Assembly: GCF_006345805.1 (NCBI RefSeq)
Contig: NC_043020.1
Span: 24,676,001-24,740,000, forward strand
Reading direction: 5' to 3'
Origin: Octopus sinensis
Lineage: Eukaryota
Length of the DNA stretch: 64,000 nucleotides
Shown: piece by piece, positions 1-10,790 of the stretch
Numbering within the stretch: position 1 is the stretch's first letter
Layout: every line of letters starts with the position of its first letter
Position numbers and translations under genes: made by a program
Notes under the pieces: generated by a model
The model's input: the letters and a program-made list of their open reading frames with translations, nothing else
The model's database searches: none
What the model was told of the DNA's origin: nothing

Positions 1-6
1 AATAAT

Positions 7-37
<31 letters not shown>

Positions 38-40
<3 letters not shown>

Positions 41-680
41 TCTACTAAAGGCACAAGGCCTGAAATTTTGGAAGAGGGAGCTAGCAGATTACATCGAACC
101 CAGTGTTCAACACATACTTGTTTTATCGCGCCCGGAAAGAATTAAAGGCAAAGAGGACCTCCGCGGAAACAACGCAAAGCTTATTTTCCGACGCACTAAC
201 GTTTTGCCAGTTCACCACTCAATTAATAACAATATTAGTTTCGAATTTTGGCACAAGACCAGCAACTTTAGGGAGAGCGGGGATAAGTGGATTATCTCGA
301 CTAAAGTGTTCCACTTATTTTATCGCCTCCGAAAGAATGAAAAACTTAGTCTACCTCCACGATATTTGGTCTCAGAAGGAAAAACCGGATGAAACGCTGC
401 TAAGCATTTTGTCCGGTATGCTAACAATTTCGCCAGCCCACCACCTTAATAATAATAATCATAGTAATTATTTCTATTCTAGACACAAGGCCTGAAATTT
501 GGTGGATAGGGGTAGGCCGATTGCATCGATTCCAATACTCATCTGGTTCTTATTTTATTGACGCCAAAAGAATAAAAGGCAAAAATCGATCATTGTGGTA
601 TTTGATCTCAGAACCCGAAGACGGACGAAACGCCGCTGAGCATTTTGTCCGGCCTCCTAACGATTCTGCCAGCACACCGT
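38..680 (-). mobile_element. Three tandem copies of tRNA-derived SINE family B (about 38-216, 240-448, 470-680), with short AAT-rich spacers or flanks
   Basis: Each unit repeats ggcacaagRcc...gattacatcga...tttatcg...gcatttt(g)tccg...ctaacg.tt.tgccag, the reverse complement of the better-preserved family B copies at 25120 and 63834. Confidence 0.8.
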
Positions 681-714
681 TCTACAGTAGTAGTTAGTTG
701 ATTTTTTGGCTCAA

Positions 715-960
715 AAAGCAAAAAGCAAGGCCATGTAGGGGGACATGCAGTTATGTACAGGGTGGTGTTCATGTAAAGAGTTCAGGCCACTTGAGGTCAA
801 GGGAGACCTTGAACCGAACGGTAGTTGGCATCTTCACCATCTCGTCTGGCAGCTTATTCCACGGATCCGCAACCCGGACGGAGAAAGCCCCTCTCCTTCG
901 ATTGAGATGAAATCGTCGCAAGAGGAGGATCTGCGGAAATGCCATGCTTTGTAAATGTTC
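715..960 (-). mobile_element. CR1-clade LINE 3' fragment (ORF2 C-terminus plus short 3'UTR)
   Basis: Translation RFHLNRRRGAFSVRVADPWNKLPDEMVKMPTTVRFKVSLD matches the CR1 ORF2 terminal motif F S.RVV..WN.LP..VV......FK..LD; stop at 769-771. Confidence 0.75.
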
Positions 961-1326
961 TAAGTTTGTTGGATGAATTTGTATATTTTCATGACATAAC
1001 TTCGTTAATTTGAAGATTTCGATTGTCTTCGAGACGTATTTGTGGTAGTGACACAAGATGAAGGGTTGAAGTGGCACCAGAAATGGTAAGTGTTAGTAAG
1101 CGTCGGAGAAAGTAACAACTGACGAACAAAGATAGGTTACAAAATTTGAAATCGAGGCATGTAATGAAATTCTTGAGAAGGGAGCACCATTGGGAAGAAC
1201 AGATTCTGAGGAAGTTGTTTGAGTTATAAGTAAAATCTTTGAGACAAAACGGAAGAGAGAAACCTGAGGCACGATTAGTCATTTGTTATGACTCTTTCAT
1301 TTAAACTAATCGGATTACTGAGAGTG

Positions 1327-1365
<39 letters not shown>

Positions 1366-2004
1366 CGATGACAATATAGATAAAAATAACGTTGATGTGT
1401 GTGCATACATACGTTCATATAAACACATATACATACACACACGTGTACGGACATTGACCAATGTGCATGCACATATATACACATATATATACACACACGT
1501 GTATGGACATAGACCAACGTAAACACTGGAACTTATCTCGTTTTACTAATATTTATTAGATTAGAAACGTATTAAAATGATCAACGAAAACAAAGACAAA
1601 ACCGACAACATATTTAGAAATATTGAAAGTTAAGAACAATAGAGAAAACTAAGAGAAAAATATACGTTTTAAATTCCAGACAATTTTCAATGGTAAAAAG
1701 TATAAGCAGATGCGGGTTTTGTTTCGCCATTCATTATTCATGTATAATTCATTTATTATTTTTCGAAATAATTTTAGTTAATTAACATAAAAATGGACAG
1801 GAATAAAATTATAGTCTATTTGATTGATCACATCGATCAGTTTATTTTACTAAACAGCATTTTTACCACTAAGATACACTCAACGTACACAAGCCTTAGA
1901 TTTCTCTCAATTTCCAATTGTTCTCGACTATAGATTTATATACACACATTATCGACAATATTTGTTTATTTACTTATATTCTATATTATTGACTACACTG
2001 CTAT

Positions 2005-2290
2005 ATATACACGTAGAAGGTACGTGGCTTATGGTTAGGCAACTTGGAGTTCGATTCCTGGCGGTGCCTTGTGCCCTCATTCCCTATTACACTCAGCTGC
2101 CAAACATGAATTGTACCTGTAATTCAAAAGGGCCAGCTTTGTCACATGACGCTGAATCTCCATGAGAACTACACGAAGGGTGCACGTGACTGTGGAGTGC
2201 TCTGCTTTTTGAACGTTAATTTCAGGAGCAGGCTGTAGTGTCGGTCGGATGAAAAGGAACCCTTGTCCCCTAAAGCGTCGGTGTGCCAGT
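2005..2290 (+). mobile_element. Degraded tRNA-derived SINE (family C-like head, conserved tail)
   Basis: Head gaaggtacgtggcttatggttag...gttcgattcc (A/B-box-like). Tail gtacctgtaattcaaaagggccagc...gctgaatctc...gtggagtgctc recurs at about 23890-24070 (-), 27900-28030 (-) and 35940-36107 (+). Confidence 0.6.
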
Positions 2291-3044
2291 TGCAATATGC
2301 AAAACAAAGCACCGAACTGGAAGAATCGTTAGCAATAAATGCTTCGCGGCATTTTTCCACATCTTTAAGTCCAAATATCTCCGAGGTTGATTTTCTGTTT
2401 CATCCTTTCGATAAAATAAAATATCAGTGAAGTACTAGGGATCAATTTAATCGTCTCCACTTGTCCCCTCCACTCATTGTTGTTCAACTTGAACCTGCAA
2501 CGGACCAAGATCCCGTTCAGGGGTGGGGTGTTGCGATCTTATCCGCCTTGGAAACCGGGCAGTCAGCCTCCTGCCTCCCGGGGCTCGAGAAAAAAACATG
2601 GATGCAGAAGGAAAGAATTTGATTAAATATTTCTTGGTCAACTTTGAGTTCCGATGGTTGATGCCGAAACAGAATCAATACATATTTATAGCAACTCATT
2701 GAAATATTTATTTAGGGCAAAGGATGAAACATTCCTCACAGACATTTGCAGCATTTAATGTAATATTGATGAAGGGAGATATAACGTGCCAGAGAATGAC
2801 AAGATGTCTGCCAAGAGGTTTACTTGCGGTCATAAGTGCTGACCATAGGAAAATAAACAAGAATTAAAGTAGTGGACTATCAATGTAGATATTACAGTTC
2901 TTATCTTACATAATCATATTTTCAAAGAAGGCTTCTATTGCAAATTAAAGTGCTCAGTCTTATGGAAACTGTTAGATAAATCTTGAAACATCCGTCAAAT
3001 GTTAAAAAATAATAACTATTATTATTATTATTATTATTATTGCT

Positions 3045-3232
3045 GATTTGGGCAGAAAGCCAGCAGTTTTGAAAGTAACGGATTAGTGGATAACATCGGC
3101 ATCAGATCGTGACGTGCATTTTGTTTTATGGACCCCGAAGGGAAGAAAATCAACGATGATCTGAATGGAGTTTGAATTCAGAATGTAAAAAGAGGTGAAA
3201 CGAATAACTCAAAGTATTTTCCGGTTTACCTG
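3045..3232 (-). mobile_element. Degraded SINE family B
   Basis: gaccccgaagg...tttgaattcagaatgtaa...gtattttccgg similar to the family B reverse complement. Confidence 0.5.
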
Positions 3233-3416
3233 GGACTAAACAACAACAAAAACATCACAGAAGAACGAAAAGAGCCCTTACGTGACCACACGCTTTATCA
3301 AAAATAGCAGCTAATTCTCCCTTACCGAAGATCACACATTAAAAAATGTAGCCACCGAAGCAATATAGGCGAATACGAAACAGAAATGTTGAGTGGTTTA
3401 CAATTGTCTAATTCAG

Positions 3417-3574
3417 TAAGGCTGTGTGGTAAGAAGCTTGCTTCCCAACATGGTTCCGGGTTCAGTTCCACTGCGTGGCACCTTGGACAATGACTTCTAT
3501 TATAGTAGCTTTGGACCGACCTAAGCCTTGTGAGTGGATTTGGTAGACGGAAACTGAACGAAGAAAGTAGTGTG

Positions 3575-3608
<34 letters not shown>

Positions 3609-3866
3609 GGTGTGTGTGTGTGCGTGTGTGTGTGTGCGCGCGCGTGTGTATGTGTGTATGTGTTTCTGTGTCTTTGTGTCTCTACCATCACTTGAAAACC
3701 GATGTTGGTGTGTTTACGTCCCCCTAAATTAGTGGTTCGGCAAAAGGTACCGATAAAATAAGTACCAGGCTTAGAAAGTGTAAGTCCTACAGGGAGGGGG
3801 TCGATTTCTCCGACTAAAACCCTTTAAGGCGCTGCTCCAGCATGGCCGCAGTCAACTGACTGACAC
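3417..3866 (+). mobile_element. SINE family A (tRNA-like head, internal TA/TG microsatellite, LINE-like tail)
   Basis: ggctgtgtggtaag...ggttccgggttcagttccactgcgtggcaccttgg...gatttggtagacggaaactga...aggcgctgctccagcatggccgcagtca; eight related copies in the window. Confidence 0.9.
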
Positions 3867-4099
3867 GTATATATATATATTCTCTTATATGCCGGGAGTG
3901 GGGGATGGCATGAGTAATCCACTCGGTTTCGATGGATTATCTCTCCAAGTTTTCTGAACAAGAAGACTTAATTGCTGCGTTCCAAATGAAGTGGTTGGAT
4001 ATTTCACAATTAGCTGTATCCTTCACATAATTACGACTAGTTAATTAAATAAGATGGTACTCCCTTACAATGGTTTCAGCCATTGAATTACAGCCATCT

Positions 4100-4580
4100 G
4101 TAATCGACTCCAGAAACTTATTCTTTGTAAGCCTGGTACTTATTCTATCGATCTCTTTCTCCGAACCGCTAAGTTACAACGACATAAACACGAGAAGATC
4201 GTTTGTCAAGCGATGGCGGAGGGACAAACACAGACACACAAACACATATATATAAACGACAAAATTCCTTTAGTTTCCGTCCACCAGAACCATTCACACG
4301 GTTTCGGTCATACACAAACACACACAAATATGTATACACACACACACACGTGTATACACACACACACGTGTATACACACACACAGACACATACACACATA
4401 CGCGCGCGCGTGCGCATAACATACACAAGGAGCATCTTCCGCACAGATCTCTCTACCAAATTCTCTCAAAGACATTCATCGGTTCGCTCTGCAATAGTAG
4501 AAATCGCCTACCTTCGATGCCTCGCAACAGAACCGAACCTGAAACCACACAATTTCAAAGCAAACTTCTTAACCCTCCAC
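4100..4580 (-). mobile_element. SINE family A, diverged
   Basis: acttattctttgtaagcctggtacttattctatcg...ccgaaccgctaagttac; reverse complement of family A. Confidence 0.8.
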
Positions 4581-4649
4581 CCCTACCATCACCATATACA
4601 TACTCCCCCACCACACGCACACCCATACGCACATATTACAGTGTGTGCG

Positions 4650-4706
<57 letters not shown>

Positions 4707-4987
4707 CATTTTTATCAAACGATGTCGTCCATTCACTGAAATATGGTAAATTTCCAACAAATTGGTTGTTTTATGTTTTTCAAACGCCTCACTTCACCTT
4801 TTATCTCTCCATTCTGTTAAAATATCCATAAAACTAGAGAGGAAAATAAACAGCATCTGCCTGCTTCCTATATTACTGCTCTCTGGTCTTTTCTATTAGT
4901 TATATCCATCTACCTTATCTATCTGCTTCTCTTTCTATCGAATCTCTCTAATCTATCCGTCTGTCTATTGCATCTCTCTGTCTATCG

Positions 4988-5062
4988 AAGACTGGCGGAG
5001 AGACAGGACAGAGATGCTGAGAGATACTGTCAGCATCTCTGTCCTATCTCTCCGTCAGTCTT
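4988..5062. repeat. 75-nt near-perfect hairpin (33-bp arms, 9-nt loop)
   Basis: aagactggcggagagacaggacagagatgctga / gagatactg / tcagcatctctgtcctatctctccgtcagtctt; one G-U pair and one C-A mismatch on the + strand. Confidence 0.85.
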
Positions 5063-5077
5063 TCTGTCATTATCTAC

Positions 5078-5138
<61 letters not shown>

Positions 5139-5177
5139 GCTGCCTTTATCTTCATGCATCAATCTATCTGCCTAGTG

Positions 5178-5288
5178 TGGCACAATAGTTAGCGCGTTGG
5201 ATTCATGATCTTAAGATTGTGGTTTCGATTCCTGGACCGATCGACGTGCTGTGTTCTTGAACAAATTGCTTCGTTCCACGTTGCTCCA
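5178..5288 (+). mobile_element. SINE family C 5' fragment
   Basis: gtggcacaatagttagcgcg...gtggtttcgattcctggaccg...gtgttcttgaacaa...ttccacgttgctcca; homologous to the head of 32852-33166. Confidence 0.65.
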
Positions 5289-5291
5289 TAC

Positions 5292-5325
<34 letters not shown>

Positions 5326-5481
5326 ATATATACATGCAAACATATATATACATACATATGCATACATATATATATATGTATACATACAAGCATATATACA
5401 TACATATAAACATATATACATGCAAACATATATATACATACATATGCATACATATATACATATGTATACATACAAGCATAT

Positions 5482-5588
<107 letters not shown>

Positions 5589-5665
5589 TAGACATGTACA
5601 TACACACACACACACGCATATATAGTTGGAAAAAGATTAGAGATCTTTACAAAACACATTTTATA

Positions 5666-5859
5666 TATAAAAGATGGAGGTGGAAATAGCGCAGAAGTAA
5701 GTCTAAAACATTTCAATTTAAGGGAATTTAATATTTCCGGTTTCGATGATCAATCTCATCTTATCAAATATCAGTAAAAATTCATTAAAAATTGAAGTAA
5801 AAACAGTTTATCTTGTGTCTGGGGGTTAAGAACATGTGCTATTTTCACCTCCATCTTTA

Positions 5860-5861
<2 letters not shown>
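5666..5861. mobile_element. Short element with about 27-bp outward-facing inverted ends and a decayed hammerhead-like motif (Penelope-like pLTR relic or MITE)
   Basis: tataaaagatggaggtggaaatagcgca ... tgtgctattttcacctccatctttata; the - strand at 5735-5768 reads ttgataa-gatg-agattgat-catc-gaaa-ccgg. Confidence 0.55.
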
Positions 5862-5922
<61 letters not shown>

Positions 5923-6849
5923 GTCTATGAGAATTACTTACAACAGTTTTGAGGTGTTACGGTAATTCTTCATTTATCAGGATGTTACTAACTTTTTGGA
6001 GGAAGAAGCTTTTCTACACACACACACATACACACACATACACACATACACATACACACACATACACACACATGCACACCTTAGAAAATCCAAGAAGCTG
6101 AATGAGCCAATGAGGAAGTTTTGAAGTGCTAGACATATCAATCAAACCTCCCTGAAAAGCCACTAAAATGCAATTCGGATAATATTCCGTTTGAAAAGAT
6201 AATGGATGGCGATGAAAGGAACGGCATTGGTTTTTCGTTAGTTTTTGCAAGTAGCTGTGAATTAAACTTATACGATATTCCATAAACCAAATCGAAGAAA
6301 TAAATAGAGGGTCTCGCAACAGTTATCCTCTCAGATGTTGCTCACAGAACGCAAAGAATTAGGAAGAAGGCACCACATCCGAACCTTTCACAGCTTTACC
6401 GATACACTGCTTTGTGGTTTGGTATGAAAGGCAAGTTTGACTGCGGTGGGACTCGAACTCAGAACATAGTCTCGAAGCATCTCTGCATTTTATACAACTC
6501 TCCAACGACCCTATCAGATGACCTCCTTACGATGATTTAGTTTCCACATCGAAGTAATAAACAAAACTAAACAACAAAATGGCGACTCGACAGAATCGTT
6601 AGAGCATCGCACAAAATGTCTTCCAATAAGGTAAATTGTTAGCGATGCTCTGAGTTTAAATCCCATGGTGGTTGTTTAACTCCAAGTCGAACTTATTGCA
6701 GTATCTATGATCAAAATCATGACAACCGTGACTATTCCATCGATTTAAGAGTATGTCTGAAGGAAAATATTAACTAAATTTAGTCCATTTTTATTTATTT
6801 GTTACTACCTGCTGGGTTCATCCCGAAGAAAGGGACAGCACCCACTGTC

Positions 6850-7060
6850 TTTGCACGCACTTTTATTCGGAAATATTGTCTTTAAGGGTTTGCATGCTGA
6901 CACATGCAGGAAAGACATGGGTCAGGAAGAACTTACAGAAGGTAGAATTTCTACAGAAGGATTGAACAGAGTGGGCTGTGAAGAACCGTTATAAAAGCGG
7001 AGGGTTGAACGAAGTATAAGTGATGATAAATAAGACGGATGAGTCAAGAGTGACTGATTG
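6850..7060 (-). mobile_element. Possible highly degraded CR1/L2-type LINE 3' relic
   Basis: Reverse translation gives LRFYNGSS... and ...THVFPACVSMQTLKDNIS, resembling FYRY.HG.CS...WN.LP.HVFP....LQ.FK; weak match. Confidence 0.3.
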
Positions 7061-7925
7061 GAAATAGCATGAAATTAACCATCTCGAAGGAGCAGAGGCC
7101 ATAAGATAAGTAGTAGGAAGAGAAAGGATGGGGGGAGGACAAACACCAGAGAGAAAGTTTGAGAAGATATTGTGTATGTGAGTGGGAAGTACTGAACAGT
7201 GTCTAGGGGTTAAATTATGCCTGATTTAAGACAAAACGACAGGAGTGTAATGTCGTACTGACTGCTATTTCTTACAGGCTGTGCCACACGGTAGAGGTCG
7301 CGTTTGCCGATGATCTTAGTGTGTGTGTATATGGTTTTGTATACACACATTATATATATATATATATTTATATATAAGCTGTTAGTGTAATAGAATAAAG
7401 TCTATGTGAGGGAGATATTAACCTTTACCTGACCTCCGCCATATTGATTCGCTTACATCAAACAACTGGGAAGAAGATGAGAGCAAAGACAGATTTTTTG
7501 CTTGTAATTGCGTTGTACGTGTTTTGTTTTTTTCAATTTCTCCTCTTTTAATTTCTTACACAAAAATACACATAGATGTGTACACACATGCATACAGACA
7601 CACGCAAACACATATTCTGCTTTCGCTTCTTTCCAATTTTTCACTGCAAATCGATACATACATACACAAATACTACATTATATATATATATATTATATAT
7701 ATATATATATCCAAGCGCGTATAACCATTACACATCTCTGCCTTGGAGATAGAAAGATACAATAGGTAATGCTTAATTCTGTATGTTTGCGTGTGTGTGC
7801 GTATGTATATATATATATATGTAGCAGGAGAGACAAAGGGGGGGAGTCATATGTATATATGTATGCATATATGCAAGTATGCATATATATATATTGTTTA
7901 CGGTATTCATGTGTATGCATAAATA

Positions 7926-7968
<43 letters not shown>

Positions 7969-8189
7969 CTGTGCACATAAATGTATGTGCCCATTTATGT
8001 GTGTGTGTGTGTGTATAAGTACATTAGTACATGTTACTTACATGGATATTTAAGACAAAAAAAATTGGAAATGAGAGAGAAGCAGGGTGAATAATAGAGA
8101 GAGGGTAAAAGCTAATGCGGGAGAAGTATTGAAAGGAGGAGGGAGTTGGACCAAACAGAATTAAGTGGTATTGATAGTGTGATAGATTC

Positions 8190-8266
<77 letters not shown>

Positions 8267-8580
8267 GAGATGGGGTGAGAGGTACTGAGAGATGGAGGTT
8301 TATAGAAGACGGGAAAATGGGTTAGAGAAATATAGAGGAAGTGAGGGGAATGGAAGGAGGTAATAAAATAGATATTGATAAAGTGTGAGTGAGAGATCGA
8401 GGGGAGATAAATCGGAGAATGTGTGAAAGAAAGAGAGAGAGAGAGAGAGAGAGACGGGAATGTAAGAGAGTGGGAGCGAGAGAGAAGAGGATAGAGAGAA
8501 TGATAGAGAAGAAAAACATTTTAGTGTTTTCACTAGTTTCTTTGAAGATGGAGTTTTAAATATGGTGACATTTCATAACC

Positions 8581-8668
<88 letters not shown>

Positions 8669-8822
8669 TATATATATATAACATATATATATGTATGTAT
8701 ATGTATGTATGTATATATATAGAGAGAGAGAGTCTTTAAAAATATTTTCATTATACTCTCTCTCTCATGCGCTCTGTACATACAGAGAGAGTGAGAGAGA
8801 TGTGTGTGTGTATGTATGTGTC

Positions 8823-8858
<36 letters not shown>

Positions 8859-9687
8859 TGTGTGTATGTATGTATATATTATATATAGTTTTTTATCTTT
8901 CATTGTTTTATATGTGCATGGACAGATAGGGAGATGTTTAAGTCTTCGTCGACTTCATTCGCTTTCTCATTCCCCCCTCTCTCTCCTTTCTCTCGGACTC
9001 TCCTTCGCTTTCTCTTACTCTCTATCTTTCTCTATCTACCTCTCTTCCATTTATAAACAACAAAAGTTCTTGAGTAGGTTGAGAAAGAAATATTTTGAAA
9101 GATCAATCATAAATATCAGGCAGTGACAACGGAAGGATCTGCTTCAAGGCAGACAGCAAAACACTAACATTTAAAAGGGACTGACTAACTTGCGAGCTGA
9201 ATAAAAATTTTTAAAATATTGGAAACCAAAGTTTGAAGGGATAGAATCTGAGGATAGTCACCATGGCTGGCATTTCTTAACGACGGACAGCAACGTAGTG
9301 GCAGTTTAACGGCTGGCGCGAAATTTTGAACTTGATGTAAAAGAAAATACCTAAACACCCGCTCCTATAAATTTTAATCCCCTTCCAGCTCCATTTCGAC
9401 CCCTTTTCACATTTTGGTTAATATAACCCGATTTCATTCGGGACTACTCGGACTACATTTTATAAGATGAGGAATTTTGTCCTAGCGGTCACGCCTTTCA
9501 TTTGAGGAAAAAAATAGTTGCCATGCAAACTCGCCAGCACTTTTAACATAGGTGTGCATATTTTCAACTCAACCGACCACATATATATATATATATATAT
9601 ATACGCATTAAATATATATGTATATATGTACATATATACGCATTATATATGTGTGTGCGTGTACGCATTATATATAAAAATGTATAC

Positions 9688-9737
<50 letters not shown>

Positions 9738-10319
9738 TATATATATACACTTTGTATATATACATTTATATACCTATTTATATATAGAACACACACACAG
9801 ATATATAAATTAAACCAATAAATATCTGATTCATAATATTTGTTCTCATGATTGTGTGATTGTGGTGGCGATAATAATTCTCTCAATGAATGCAGACAGA
9901 CGTAGAGAAAGAGAGAAGATGTAGGAGAAAGAGTCACAGCGCTGGCGAAGGCGGCGGGGAAACGATAGTAGACACTGTCAAACGTCGTTATAGAGAGAAA
10001 TTAAAGGAAAGGGAGGAAAGAGAGAAAGAGAGAGAGAGGAGGAAGACAGGCAGATAAAAAAAATAAGAGAAGCGAGAAAAACTTGTCAAAGTGTAGGGTT
10101 TTTGTCCGAGTAAAAACAGCGTTTGAGATACGGATTTCTAACCTAGCCCACTCACATTCTCACCTCATTTTACATGTCTTTGTAAATTCTGGAGCGAATC
10201 CGACGGGATCTAGTGTCCTTTAACCCGTTCCAATGCCAAAACCAGATAAACACACTTTTCGCATTTCAGATTTATAGATATTGATATACATTATATATAT
10301 ATGTACATTAAGAAAATGG

Positions 10320-10790
10320 ATCACCTACCCTGGTGAACGACAAGGCAGTGAAGGATAAGGGAGCCAAGGGAGCAGAAACTGGAAGCCCCCCCCCCCCCCA
10401 CACTGTACCAGTGGTCCCACAAAGAAATGAGAACTAGAAAAACAGAAGAAATCTGGAAGGCACCGAAGAACCTGTAAATTCTACACGCGGGGCAAATGTT
10501 GGCATGGGGAGGACGGCAAAAACTGCTGGTTCGCCCATCCGACACCCCGCCAGAACTTCAGGGGACTCAAAGAGGAAAGCTTTACTGAGGGAAGACAAGA
10601 AATGTCTTCCAGGAAAACATTCAGAAAAGAAGTGTGCTCCTAAGATGTTCTGCGCAACGCAGCAGTTGAGCAAGAGTCTTTTTTGTGCATGGCGCAAAGG
10701 ATTGTCCAGCAGCTAATATGGCTGCACCAGGCACAGAGAAGGAACCCTGCCCACCACTATGCAAGACCACCACAGTCAACAGACACGGGA
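10320..10790 (+). pseudogene. LINE ORF1 remnant with CCCH-type zinc finger
   Basis: 10473-10538 translates to CKFYTRGKCWHGEDGKNCWFAH (C-x7-C-x8-C-x3-H); further frameshifted Cys/His-rich sequence follows. Confidence 0.65.

Noticed and set aside
2590-2900. Possible RTE endonuclease relic (ISADHRKI)
   Set aside because: Single short motif in a frame with stops.
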